The notes beneath the pieces were generated by a model that saw only the letters and a program-made list of their open reading frames with translations, was not told the origin of the DNA and ran no database searches. From the IMG/VR virus record IMGVR_UViG_3300021479_000013, positions 1-64,000 of that record: a stretch of 64,000 nucleotides of DNA. One strand, written 5' to 3'. Below are positions 53,725-63,555 of this stretch, one piece after another (position 1 is the stretch's first letter; each line of letters starts with the position of its first letter). The translations under genes were made by a program, and so were the position numbers. This DNA comes from a virus.

Positions 53725-53910
53725 ATTTCAGCTGTGTCGAAAGCGCAAAGAATTGCTATGGCAATCGCTGAGCATCATCCTGAGGACCTGAACAAGAAGA
53801 ACAAAGGCCTGGCTGATATGACGCACAAGCAACTGCACGAGTTCGCTTCGACTCCTGAGAAAGGCCTACCCTCATATAAGCACGCTCGTAAGGCGCGCAG
53901 AGATGAGTAA
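53725..53910 (+). CDS. DUF3008-like small protein
   Basis: (M)SAVSKAQRIAM...MTHKQLHEFASTPEKGLP; start is ATT (53725) or GTG (53734). Confidence 0.65.
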   Translation: MSAVSKAQRIAMAIAEHHPEDLNKKNKGLADMTHKQLHEFASTPEKGLPSYKHARKARRDE

Positions 53911-54808
53911 GAACTGGCCCGTAATCATAGATGGACTCAACAGCCTAATCTCCCGGGTCGGCCCTATCTGGCCCAAGAGCACCAAGCTGGCCGGGTTCGC
54001 TTCCGACGGCCCGTATCACTGTGCGGACTGTGAGTATCTGAATGAAGCTGGCAATAGGTGCAAACAAGAAGTTATGATGGCCGACCCCGAAGTCCAGCAC
54101 GATGAGAAAGGCCTGGCAATCATCACCGACGCGGCACACCAGTGCTGTGAGTTCGTAGAGCCCGAAGGCGAGACGGAGCATGAACCGCAGGGCGACAAGC
54201 TGGTCGCGATGTTCATGCGCCACGGTCAAACAGAGTTCAACAAAGAGAAGAGATTTCGCGGGCAGATGGAAATTCCCCTTGACCGCACAGGCGTGCAGCA
54301 GGCATTAGACGCGCGCCGATTCCTGGCAGGCTTCTTAGGCGACAAGCCGTTAGGCAAGTCATACCGAAGCAGCAAGGACCGCACCAGGCAAACCGCCGAG
54401 CTAGTCTTAGGCGACCATACTCAGGTCATTAAAAATTTTGACGCGCTTAACGTCGGCAAGTTCTCAGGTCAGTTGAAGAACGACGAGAACATGAAAGAGA
54501 TCATGCACTACCAGAAGTACCCCGACCAGAAGATTCCAGGTGGGGAGCGCATCAATGACTTTCGCTCCCGAGTGAATCCGGAACTCAAAAAAGTTATCGA
54601 GGAAGGCGAGAAGTCGGGCCATCCCACAATTTCATTTGTTCACAGCTCTACAATTCATCAACTGAGTCACTTGCTCCACGGAGACCATAACTTAATTAAG
54701 GTCCAACCGGGCGGCATCGTCGGGGTGTACAAGCGTCCTAGCGGAAGCTATTACGTGAGGCCACTTCTCAGCGAGAGCACAGGCAAGCAAGACAATTTGA
54801 TGAGTTAA
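53903..54808 (+). CDS. Histidine phosphatase family protein with N-terminal Cys-cluster domain
   Basis: MRHGQT, RTRQTA, PGGE, VHSS; N-terminal CADC..C..CC. Confidence 0.85.
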   Translation: MSKNWPVIIDGLNSLISRVGPIWPKSTKLAGFASDGPYHCADCEYLNEAGNRCKQEVMMADPEVQHDEKGLAIITDAAHQCCEFVEPEGETEHEPQGDKLVAMFMRHGQTEFNKEKRFRGQMEIPLDRTGVQQALDARRFLAGFLGDKPLGKSYRSSKDRTRQTAELVLGDHTQVIKNFDALNVGKFSGQLKNDENMKEIMHYQKYPDQKIPGGERINDFRSRVNPELKKVIEEGEKSGHPTISFVHSSTIHQLSHLLHGDHNLIKVQPGGIVGVYKRPSGSYYVRPLLSESTGKQDNLMS

Positions 54809-54817
54809 GGATTAGTC

Positions 54818-55081
54818 ATGAAAAAACATCACAAATTTACCCATACCCACGTTGAGCACCACGCAGACGGTTCTCACACAGTTCATCACGTTCACGTCGA
54901 AGGCCCGCACAAAGATGTTAAAGGTGCGACAGCCGATCACGACGGCATGATGGACCACATGATGGACCACACATCTGCCCCCAATCCAGGAGAAGGCATG
55001 GATGAAGCCAACGCTCCGATGGCAGCACCAGCAGGCGCAGCAGCACCGGGAATCCCGGGCGGCGCACCTCAGGCGGCTTAA
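54818..55081 (+). CDS. His-rich protein
   Basis: HTHVEHHADGSHTVHHVH; DHDGMMDHMMDH. Confidence 0.7.
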   Translation: MKKHHKFTHTHVEHHADGSHTVHHVHVEGPHKDVKGATADHDGMMDHMMDHTSAPNPGEGMDEANAPMAAPAGAAAPGIPGGAPQAA

Positions 55082-55082
55082 G

Positions 55083-55268
55083 ATGGCGGCCAAGACTTCA
55101 TTCTATCGCTCGATGCACAAACTCAGAAAGGGTGGCCTGCACGAGGCATTGAACATTCCTAAGGACCAAAAAATTCCAGCAGACCGTCTAGCGGCTGCTA
55201 AGAACTCTCCCAACGCTCATGTGAAGAAGATGGCCGTGATGGCTGATAACATGAAGCACTGGGGCTAA
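55083..55268 (+). CDS. Small basic hypothetical protein
   Basis: KGGLHEALNIPKDQKIP. Confidence 0.65.
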   Translation: MAAKTSFYRSMHKLRKGGLHEALNIPKDQKIPADRLAAAKNSPNAHVKKMAVMADNMKHWG

Positions 55269-55269
55269 G

Positions 55270-55548
55270 ATGAACTTTCGTCCAGCCCTCGGTTATCTCA
55301 AGGCCGCTTTCAGTGACAACGGCACGCCAAGTTCGTCTCGGTTGTTGACGCTGCTTCACAGCAGTGTCGCCACGGGCGTACTGATTTTCTACGTCGCGAA
55401 GACTCACCTGATTCCTGACGGGACAGTACTCGCAGGCCTCGGGGCATTCACGACCGCTCACTATCTCGTCAACCGCGCCACCACAGCGTTCGGTAAAGAC
55501 CAGACCACACCAGCACCGGACCCTGCAGTACCAGACGCAAAAATTTAG
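55270..55548 (+). CDS. Holin-like two-TM protein
   Basis: SSSRL motif followed by two hydrophobic segments. Confidence 0.55.
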   Translation: MNFRPALGYLKAAFSDNGTPSSSRLLTLLHSSVATGVLIFYVAKTHLIPDGTVLAGLGAFTTAHYLVNRATTAFGKDQTTPAPDPAVPDAKI

Positions 55549-55609
55549 TAGTCGGCAACAGGGGACAAACAAGGCTCCATTCCTCTCGCCGGATTCCCAG
55601 GTAGCACCC

Positions 55610-56020
55610 ATGAAAATTCTCCAAAAGCTCCCGTACTGGTATCTTCTCGTCGTACCCGTCCTGCTGTTCTGCTTGGGCGTCGTATCAAACCAGGCCGTCT
55701 TGATCGCCAACCACGGGAAGTTCCCCGTGATGTTGAATGCGATTCAGTACGAAAGACACTGCTCCTTGCAGGGGCTAGAGCCAGATGATATCGCTCTTAT
55801 GCCAGCTGACGCGTGTGCGAAGGGCGGTCAGATGATAGACCCAGTTCACAGCGTCATGGGGCCTAATTCGAACCTGAAACTTCTCTCGGACATCTTCCCA
55901 ATCGGGCGCAATATTTATAGCCTCGGAGACGGTCTCCTTTATCTGGGTGATTGGCTGCTCTCTTTCACTCCGTACATGTGGCTGGCACTGGTTATCAGAA
56001 AATTATACGCAACCGAATAA
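55610..56020 (+). CDS. DUF5317-like membrane protein
   Basis: SNQAVLIANHGKFPV...LSDIF...SLGD. Confidence 0.7.
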   Translation: MKILQKLPYWYLLVVPVLLFCLGVVSNQAVLIANHGKFPVMLNAIQYERHCSLQGLEPDDIALMPADACAKGGQMIDPVHSVMGPNSNLKLLSDIFPIGRNIYSLGDGLLYLGDWLLSFTPYMWLALVIRKLYATE

Positions 56021-56027
56021 GGACAAT

Positions 56028-56315
56028 ATGGCAACGACACCTAACGGAATCACGATGGCAAACGACGCGCTCGCTAGCGCGAAGAAGGCTCTGGCAGACG
56101 CAGGCAGTTCGAGCGTCGGAACGAGGTCGGGACACTCCGGTCTTACACCGTCGAAGCCCGCGACACCCGCAGCATCACCCAGCGATTACTCTCACGCGAG
56201 AGAAGCTAGAAAGTCAGACGACCGCGAGTTCATGGGCGTCAAGGCCGACTCTGGCGCAGAACTAAAGGCAGCTCAAGAGAACCGGGAAGCAGCCAAAAAA
56301 GTACTCAACCAATAA
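56028..56315 (+). CDS. Hypothetical protein
   Basis: AAGGA RBS. Confidence 0.6.
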   Translation: MATTPNGITMANDALASAKKALADAGSSSVGTRSGHSGLTPSKPATPAASPSDYSHAREARKSDDREFMGVKADSGAELKAAQENREAAKKVLNQ

Positions 56316-56338
56316 AAACAAAATTTTCGGAGCACCCA

Positions 56339-58564
56339 ATGTCAGAGGAATTTGAACTAGATAAAAAGCCGAAGTCCACCAGCACCGAACGAATGAGAGC
56401 CTTACGCGCCCGCGAAAAGGCGGCAAAGGTCTCAGAGATCGACAAGGCTGATAGGGAGTCGGCGGTCCAAAGGCTCCTCGACGAAGTTGCATCCCTCGAC
56501 AAAGAGGGCAAGAGATTCAAAAGCGAGGCCCGCAGCTACACTCAACTTGTGCGTCTGTATTTCGGCCAGCCCGAAACAGGAGACGCAGATGATGAGGCAG
56601 GCGAGAGCACGGACAAAAAGGGTAAGAAGGACAAACGTCCCAACCCTTCCGAAACTAGGATTCGCATACAGGATTCCAACGTTGACCCCACTAACCGTGG
56701 CAAGGGAAGACGCCGTCGTTCAATCGAAGATATAACCTTCGAGGTCGATGACGTTGTCAGCTTCTGGCGTTGGCTAGACCTCCGAGATCGGTCTCGTAAA
56801 GATTTGTTCTGGCTAGGTCGACTGCTTGGCAAGGGACTATATCGCTCCGTCCACCAGATTACCTGCGACCAGTTCGTAACGAAAAATTTCGGTGGACCGT
56901 GGCTTAACTTAGACGGCACCGTTGACAAGTCTCGTGAGCCTATCGAGTCGATGTATTTTGACGGGTATACACTCGATGACTTTCATGACATGATCGAAGA
57001 CCATCACGCTCACAGAGATCGCGAGATGATGCTTCTTGATAGTCGTGGATTCTACAAGTCAACGATTGACGGGATTGATTCGGTGCAGTGGATGCTCAAC
57101 TGCCCCGACGTTCGCATCCTCATTATCACGGGTGAGTACAAACTCGCCGTAGCGTTCGCACTAGAAATTAAAGGCTACTTCAACCTTTCAGAAGGCCAGG
57201 AGCCAACCGCTTTTCATTTACTGTTTCCAGAATACGTCCTCAGAGGCGTAGACGGAACCTCAAAGGAACCTCTGTTCTGTCCCGCCCGACTTCTAGATCA
57301 GAAGGAGGGTTCGGTCTGGGTTAACTCGATTGTCGCTAACCTCTCAGGTTGGCACTGCGATGTCAAGAAGGGTGATGATATCGTCACCGACGAGAACTCG
57401 AACAGCGAAGAGGCCCGCGAAAAGATTAAGGTCAAGTACGACGGTACCGATGACCTGTTAGACCCTCACGGGTTTATGGACCACATCGGCACCCGGTACT
57501 TCACAGACGATTGGTATGGCACCCGGCTAGCTCCTAACGCGGAGACAGGCGAGGTTGCACCGATAAAGTATCACAAGCGCGGTTGCTGGACTGTTAAGCC
57601 AGAATATGCCGAGGTACCCATCCTCCTATTGAAGGAAGAGATGGTCACCCTGAATTTCCCCCAACGTTGGGGATTCAATAAACTACGCTCACTGCTTCTC
57701 AAAAAGGGCGAACGATTTTTCCGAAACCAGCAGCTCAACGAGCCATCCGATGCCGCAGAAGACAGCGGCTTCAAGATCAGCTTCACCGAGGCCGACCTTC
57801 GCGCGCACATGTACCAGCGCGAGGCAGCGCCAAAGTCAGGCGACATCTATATCGTTTGGGACTGGGCTCTTTCGGACAAGAAGACATCAGACTATTCAGT
57901 AGGAGTAGTAGCACGACTTTACAAGAACGACGCGAACGAGTGGGCCTTCGTTATCCTAGAGATCGTCTACGATAAGTGGAAGTACACAGAACTCGCATTT
58001 CAAATCGTCGCACTATCAAAGCGTTACGGCCCGAAAGTTACGATGATCGAGGCATCAAACGCATACGACCAACTAAGAGATGAGATCACCCGAGTCGGTC
58101 AACGACAGGGCTATCAACCTTACATCTACTGGAAACAGCCGTCGCGAGAAGAGAACGCGAAGCGCAACCGAATCAAGAGCATTGAAATTCTGCTGGCACA
58201 ACACCGCTTGCACTTTATACTTGGCTCTTGGATAGACGAAACCTTTAAGCAGTTCACGCAGTACACAGGCGAGAAAAAGAACAAAGGCCGAAAGGATGAT
58301 ATCCCTGACAGCATTTCTTACCTACTGTACATCCTTCCTTCAGAGGCACGACCGCTAATCGATAAGGTCGACCCAGAAGAAGAAAAGAGATTGGCAGAAG
58401 AGCAGCTGAAACATCAGCGCAAGTCGCAGCAATACGACAGATACTTCGGCCAGCAACTACAGACAAAGACAGAAGCGGGACCGACTATAGTTGAGGTCGC
58501 TCCTCCCAAGCCGCAAGACCCGAGGATGCGAATCTTCGGCAATAAGGGACCGTGGAGATTATGA
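56339..58564 (+). CDS. terL: Terminase large subunit
   Basis: RGFYKST (Walker A-like), GWHCD..GDD (Walker B), IGTRY..DDWYG; nuclease motifs WDWA, DYS, IE, DDIPD; directly upstream of the portal. Confidence 0.88.
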   Translation: MSEEFELDKKPKSTSTERMRALRAREKAAKVSEIDKADRESAVQRLLDEVASLDKEGKRFKSEARSYTQLVRLYFGQPETGDADDEAGESTDKKGKKDKRPNPSETRIRIQDSNVDPTNRGKGRRRRSIEDITFEVDDVVSFWRWLDLRDRSRKDLFWLGRLLGKGLYRSVHQITCDQFVTKNFGGPWLNLDGTVDKSREPIESMYFDGYTLDDFHDMIEDHHAHRDREMMLLDSRGFYKSTIDGIDSVQWMLNCPDVRILIITGEYKLAVAFALEIKGYFNLSEGQEPTAFHLLFPEYVLRGVDGTSKEPLFCPARLLDQKEGSVWVNSIVANLSGWHCDVKKGDDIVTDENSNSEEAREKIKVKYDGTDDLLDPHGFMDHIGTRYFTDDWYGTRLAPNAETGEVAPIKYHKRGCWTVKPEYAEVPILLLKEEMVTLNFPQRWGFNKLRSLLLKKGERFFRNQQLNEPSDAAEDSGFKISFTEADLRAHMYQREAAPKSGDIYIVWDWALSDKKTSDYSVGVVARLYKNDANEWAFVILEIVYDKWKYTELAFQIVALSKRYGPKVTMIEASNAYDQLRDEITRVGQRQGYQPYIYWKQPSREENAKRNRIKSIEILLAQHRLHFILGSWIDETFKQFTQYTGEKKNKGRKDDIPDSISYLLYILPSEARPLIDKVDPEEEKRLAEEQLKHQRKSQQYDRYFGQQLQTKTEAGPTIVEVAPPKPQDPRMRIFGNKGPWRL

Positions 58565-60666
58565 GCGATATCGATCAGCAGATAGCGGGATTAGAAACGG
58601 AAAAGGCCAACGAGATCACTACGGAAAATACGTACATCGACTCGCAGACTGGGACCGTTCAGTTTAACGACACTGCTGCGATTAACCTCGTTCTCAGTAA
58701 TACGGAACTGGCAGACAATTTCATCAACATCAACCAGTGGGCGAGCGGTTGGACCATGTCCGACCTGTTGTATCAATCGCCCATCTCGACCAGCAACTAC
58801 GACACCGGAACCGACGTAGCAAATTCGGCGGTACCGAAGTTCATGGTCTCAAATCACATCAGCTCCATCGTCCCGAAGCTGATGGGCGGAATCTTCTACG
58901 AAGACCCGTGCTTCCTCCTTCGCGGAAGTCCAGGCACCACGCCTGAGGTCATCCAAGCTAAGACCGCGATGTTCACGTTCCAACTCAAGGCCATGCGCTT
59001 CGAGGAAGAGATCGAACGCGGGCTAGAGCAGATGGCCCTCCTCGGAACGGCTATCTGGAAGTGGGGATACACCGAGTACAATACGAAAGAAAAGAAGTAC
59101 AAGCGTTACGCGCCGAAGGTACCAGCACCGGACGGAATCGAGACGACCCCGATTGACACGCCGGACTCAGACGACTTCGAGATCGAGTTCTACCCCAAGA
59201 CCGTATCACACCCTTGGATTAAGTTTTGCGATATCCGCACGGTCCTTGTGGACCCAGGCTGTCGCTTCGGAGACATCCGTACAGCGAAGTGGGTTGTCTA
59301 TCGCGACTACGCGACCTACCAAGATTTGAACCGTCTTCGAGGCATCGAAGGCTACAACATCCCGAGCGAAGAAGTCCTCCGCAGGATGTTCGAGAAGGCA
59401 ACGTCACCAGGGCCTGACAACATTTCTATGACCATCCCGGAAGGGATGATGGGCTACCTGCAGCACGCGAAGCCCCGTAGCTACAAGACTTCGGCGGACC
59501 CGAACAGGGCACCCCTGGAACTCTTGGAGCATTGGGATGACGAGAAGGTTATCGTTGTCCTGATTTACAACGGCCACAACATTCTAATTCGCAACGAAGC
59601 CAACCCTTACTCGAAGATTCCTTTCTACTCGGCTAACTGGCGCAATATCCCTGACAGCTTTTACGGACAGGGCCTCGGCATGCTAATCGGCAGCGAGCAA
59701 ATCGTGGAGCAGGGTGTAACCAACCTCGCGCTAGATTTGCTGGCTTACTGCTTGCAACCAGTGGCACTACGCAAGAAGGGCTTCAACGCGCTCACACAAA
59801 ATACGCGGTGGGAACAAGGCGGCATCATCGACGTCGAAGAAGACGTTGATAAGGCCTTCAAGTTCCTCCAGATGCCTCCAGTTCCAGCGGAAGCGTTCTC
59901 GTTCATCCAGCAGTCACAGTCCGCTGGCGCGGCAACATCAGGCGCTAACGAGCAGGTGGTTCAGGGCGCGGGTCACGCGGGCATCAGCACAACGGGCATG
60001 AGATCGGGCACGGGCGCGGCGGCGGTTGTCCAAGCCAACGCGAGCCGTCTCGACGGACCAACCGGAAGATTCGTACGCCAAGTATTCGAACCCTGGATGC
60101 ACCAGATGGACGAACTCGACAACGATTTGTTGCCGACGTCGGTCATCAAGGAAGTCCTGGGCGAGAAGATCGGCAACGACTTCAAGATGGACCACATCCT
60201 TTACCGCAACGCGAAGATGGAGTACGAAGTTCTCGCGGGAGCAAATCTAGGCGCTAAGAAAGAAATGGCCCAGGCCCTCCCAATCATGATTCAACTTTTG
60301 AACAACCCCACGTTCGTGGCAAACGCCAACGACGCGGGATATCAGTTCGACGCCGTTGCTATCTTCCAAGCGTTCACCGACGCGGCAGGCTGGAAATTCT
60401 CCCAAGCCTTCCTCCGTATTATGACGCCGGAACAGAAACAGAAGCACGACGCGAACAGCCCTGCAGCAATGCAAGCAGCGCAGCAGAAGAACGCGACTGT
60501 AATGCAGCAGCAGAAGTTCGAACAAGAACAGACGATGGAAAACCAGAAGCAACTCGGCAAGGCTGGCAATGAGGCCTTCCGTTCGTCCATAGAAAAATCA
60601 ACATCGCCTGAACTATCAGGCGGGCCCGAACAGACACAAGGTTTCGGAGCCACAACCGCATTATAA
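58561..60666 (+). CDS. Portal protein (P22-like)
   Basis: LGTAIWKWG, VDPG, PDSFYGQG, TSGA, Q-rich C-terminus; position after terL. Confidence 0.88.
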   Translation: MSDIDQQIAGLETEKANEITTENTYIDSQTGTVQFNDTAAINLVLSNTELADNFININQWASGWTMSDLLYQSPISTSNYDTGTDVANSAVPKFMVSNHISSIVPKLMGGIFYEDPCFLLRGSPGTTPEVIQAKTAMFTFQLKAMRFEEEIERGLEQMALLGTAIWKWGYTEYNTKEKKYKRYAPKVPAPDGIETTPIDTPDSDDFEIEFYPKTVSHPWIKFCDIRTVLVDPGCRFGDIRTAKWVVYRDYATYQDLNRLRGIEGYNIPSEEVLRRMFEKATSPGPDNISMTIPEGMMGYLQHAKPRSYKTSADPNRAPLELLEHWDDEKVIVVLIYNGHNILIRNEANPYSKIPFYSANWRNIPDSFYGQGLGMLIGSEQIVEQGVTNLALDLLAYCLQPVALRKKGFNALTQNTRWEQGGIIDVEEDVDKAFKFLQMPPVPAEAFSFIQQSQSAGAATSGANEQVVQGAGHAGISTTGMRSGTGAAAVVQANASRLDGPTGRFVRQVFEPWMHQMDELDNDLLPTSVIKEVLGEKIGNDFKMDHILYRNAKMEYEVLAGANLGAKKEMAQALPIMIQLLNNPTFVANANDAGYQFDAVAIFQAFTDAAGWKFSQAFLRIMTPEQKQKHDANSPAAMQAAQQKNATVMQQQKFEQEQTMENQKQLGKAGNEAFRSSIEKSTSPELSGGPEQTQGFGATTAL

Positions 60667-60710
60667 CAATACGGGGCCGGGGAAACTCGGCCACCGACTA
60701 GGATGGCCCA

Positions 60711-61076
60711 ATGTCAGAAGAATCTAGGAAAGTGTTAGGGGAAACCCTGACGTTCGAAGAGCGCTTGTCGCTCGCGCAGCTCGTGAATCAACCCGGATGG
60801 AAAATCTTGGTACGTCTGATGGCAGAGTCTTGTCGAAAGGCGACCGAGGAAGTCATCAGGTTGAACCCGAGCGTTGAACGCTACCCGGAACAACTAGCCG
60901 GGCTGCAGACAACGGCGCGCGCTATGAACAAGTTCTCCGCAGAGGTGCTTGACTCGGTCAAGCTACACCAGCGCACGGCAGTAGCAGAAGCACAGCAAAG
61001 AGAGACGCCGGAACTGTCTATACAGCAGAAGCCGCGATTTCAAATGCCGAAATCTCCCGTAGAGGGAACGAAGTAA
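60711..61076 (+). CDS. Hypothetical head-module protein
   Basis: PGWKIL motif; lies between portal and scaffold. Confidence 0.7.
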   Translation: MSEESRKVLGETLTFEERLSLAQLVNQPGWKILVRLMAESCRKATEEVIRLNPSVERYPEQLAGLQTTARAMNKFSAEVLDSVKLHQRTAVAEAQQRETPELSIQQKPRFQMPKSPVEGTK

Positions 61077-61097
61077 AATCAATATAAGGAACTCCCA

Positions 61098-62393
61098 ATG
61101 AGTCTTACTAAAGAACAAGTCCTTCTAATGGACTGGAAGTCCGTTCAGGTCGCAGTGAAAGACCCCGCAACCAAAGCAGAGATGCAGCATCTTCTCAGAG
61201 ATCGTCAGGTAGTATCGTACGTCTCTAAACTGATGTTGGAAGCTCAAGAGCGAGAGGTCGCGGTCGACGCGCAGTTGAGCGTTACCGTTCCTCCATCTAC
61301 GGAGCAACTCGCAGCAGAAGCTACCGCGATGGCAGCAGAAGTGCCCGTGGTGCCAGACGTGGTTGTGGCCGAAGTTCCTGTCGTAACAGCACCAGTTATC
61401 TCCCCCTTCGAAGCAGATGACGCGGCGTGGAAGGCAGCAGGCGTGACAGTTGTTCGCGATGCGAACGGCAAAGCAACACGCTACATCGAAGAGTATCAGG
61501 TCAGCAACGAAGACGGAACGACTATCGGTCGCCCGACTCACTTGGAAGCCAGCACGCTACAAGAACTCACCGCCAAGAAGCGGGAAGTTCACACCCAAGC
61601 AACCAGAGCATTTCACCGTTTGAAACAGCAGAAGCTGACGTTCAAAAACGAAAGAACAATCTTATCTCCAGAGGCAATCGCGGAAGCCGCGCGCCAGGCC
61701 CTGGAGTCTAAGGACTCAGCCAAGATCACGGACGTGATCGAAGAAGTTATCGAGTCCAAGTACCAGAAGCGCGAAAATGATTTGAAGCAGAAGGAAGCCT
61801 ACGAAGCGGGCCGCTCGATCTCAAATGAGTTCATGCGCCGCCACCTCCACGACTACAACCCGTGCGAGGCCAACCAGAAAGCAATAGGCGAATACTTCTC
61901 GCAACACAAACTTGAATTTACCCTGGACAACCTCGAAGTCGCTTTTCAAGACCTCTTGGAACAGGGTGACAAAATTGCCAAGGTAGAAACCTCGGCAACA
62001 AGACAAGCCGCTGTAGTCGCTAATCCGACGCCAGAGGCTACTGTGGTAACGCCCGCTCCCCCGGCAATCCCGGTCGCGGAAACGCCAGCCGCAGTAACCG
62101 TACCAGTAGCAGTAGCCCAACCCGTGTCTAGTCAGCCCGCGGTTGAAGCAACGGTAACGATGCCTGCCGCCGCACCCAATGTGCAACCAGCGGCCCGTCG
62201 TCCGGGAGTGAATGGAGGCTTGCCTCCGGGTTCGTTGAGCGCACAACGTCCTGGAACGCCAGACCCAGCACTCGCGAGGAAGGAATTCCTATTGACTGTG
62301 AAGAACATGAAGCCGGAAGTAATGAAGAACAAGTTGAAAACCGACCCTCAGTTCGTTAAGCAGCTTGAGTCTTACGGTATTCGCGTTCGATAA
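61098..62393 (+). CDS. Putative scaffolding protein
   Basis: Helical, Ala/Pro-rich; immediately upstream of the capsid gene. Confidence 0.65.
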   Translation: MSLTKEQVLLMDWKSVQVAVKDPATKAEMQHLLRDRQVVSYVSKLMLEAQEREVAVDAQLSVTVPPSTEQLAAEATAMAAEVPVVPDVVVAEVPVVTAPVISPFEADDAAWKAAGVTVVRDANGKATRYIEEYQVSNEDGTTIGRPTHLEASTLQELTAKKREVHTQATRAFHRLKQQKLTFKNERTILSPEAIAEAARQALESKDSAKITDVIEEVIESKYQKRENDLKQKEAYEAGRSISNEFMRRHLHDYNPCEANQKAIGEYFSQHKLEFTLDNLEVAFQDLLEQGDKIAKVETSATRQAAVVANPTPEATVVTPAPPAIPVAETPAAVTVPVAVAQPVSSQPAVEATVTMPAAAPNVQPAARRPGVNGGLPPGSLSAQRPGTPDPALARKEFLLTVKNMKPEVMKNKLKTDPQFVKQLESYGIRVR

Positions 62394-62433
62394 CGGTCAC
62401 CCCGTTTACGGGAGTCCAGACCAGAAGTGATAT

Positions 62434-63459
62434 ATGAGTGGACCAAACCCCTCAGCATCAAACGTAGCAAACGTCCTGACGGCACAAGCGATCATTTTCG
62501 ATAAGGAACTGATTCCTAACCTCAAGGGCAACACCAATGCATTCGTCGGCGCAGCAGAACGGCGCGTGCAGGGTCTTCACATGGGCGTCAACCGTACGTT
62601 TTTCCAGTACAACACGCTCAGCGGCGACATCGTCCAAAATTCGGACGGCACCGTTGGAAACCCGGAAGTCATCAGCCAGTTGTCCTCACCCGCACAAATC
62701 GGGGAATGGAACAACTACAGCAACTTCTCTTCGTTCGCCATCGCGGCAGCGATTGATGAGTTGGTTGGCAACTCCGCAGTCGAACTCGGCTATCAAGCCG
62801 GGCAGTCGATCAGCGAACTGTATTCCGCAGTGGCAGACAGCGCAAACGGCGTTGACTCTAACGTCAACCAGTCGGCGTTGCTTGCTTCGCCCTACACCCT
62901 CGACCTCGGCACAATCCGTGAACTGAAACAGCAGCTTGTTTCGAAGAACGTGTTGCCTTGCAAGCGCGGGATGTTCCTCGGCGCAATCAGCCCCAACGTG
63001 TTGGGCGACATCTACAACGCAACGACGGTCAACAACTCCATCGCTGACTTGTGGAAGTACGAGAACATGGACAAGTTCGACGCTATGGCAGGCTCCGACC
63101 AGAACAAGGTCATCGTCCTCCCCGGCACGAACATTGGTTTCATGCAGACTCCGTTCGTCACCACCACCGCGAACTACAACGCATCCGGCAAAATCGGATA
63201 CAGAACGTACGTGTTCGGTAACTACGCAATGATCGGCGTTTGGCTCCAAGTTCCTGGAGACACAGACCTCGACGACGGCGATTGGAAGACGATTGACTGC
63301 CGCGTTGTGACTGACGCCCCGGCATCGAGCTTCGATCCAGTTTCGACAATCGGTGGATGGTGCTCTTACAAATTCCACCAGACTGTGACCCTTCCGCCAG
63401 CCACGGGTTTGAATACCCAGCGTGTGCGGTTCATCGACAGCGTCCCGGCAATTCAGTAG
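62434..63459 (+). CDS. Major capsid protein
   Basis: 341 aa after the scaffold; ELGYQAG.SI, YRTYVFG, DP..TIGGW.SYKF motifs typical of N4-gp56/P22-like coat proteins. Confidence 0.8.
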   Translation: MSGPNPSASNVANVLTAQAIIFDKELIPNLKGNTNAFVGAAERRVQGLHMGVNRTFFQYNTLSGDIVQNSDGTVGNPEVISQLSSPAQIGEWNNYSNFSSFAIAAAIDELVGNSAVELGYQAGQSISELYSAVADSANGVDSNVNQSALLASPYTLDLGTIRELKQQLVSKNVLPCKRGMFLGAISPNVLGDIYNATTVNNSIADLWKYENMDKFDAMAGSDQNKVIVLPGTNIGFMQTPFVTTTANYNASGKIGYRTYVFGNYAMIGVWLQVPGDTDLDDGDWKTIDCRVVTDAPASSFDPVSTIGGWCSYKFHQTVTLPPATGLNTQRVRFIDSVPAIQ

Positions 63460-63555
63460 AATTGTTAAACAATATTCCCACGGACTAATTACCTGTGGTA
63501 TACTAATCAGGGGAGTGCCAAGAACATTCCCCAGATTATCTTTCTTGGAGATTAC

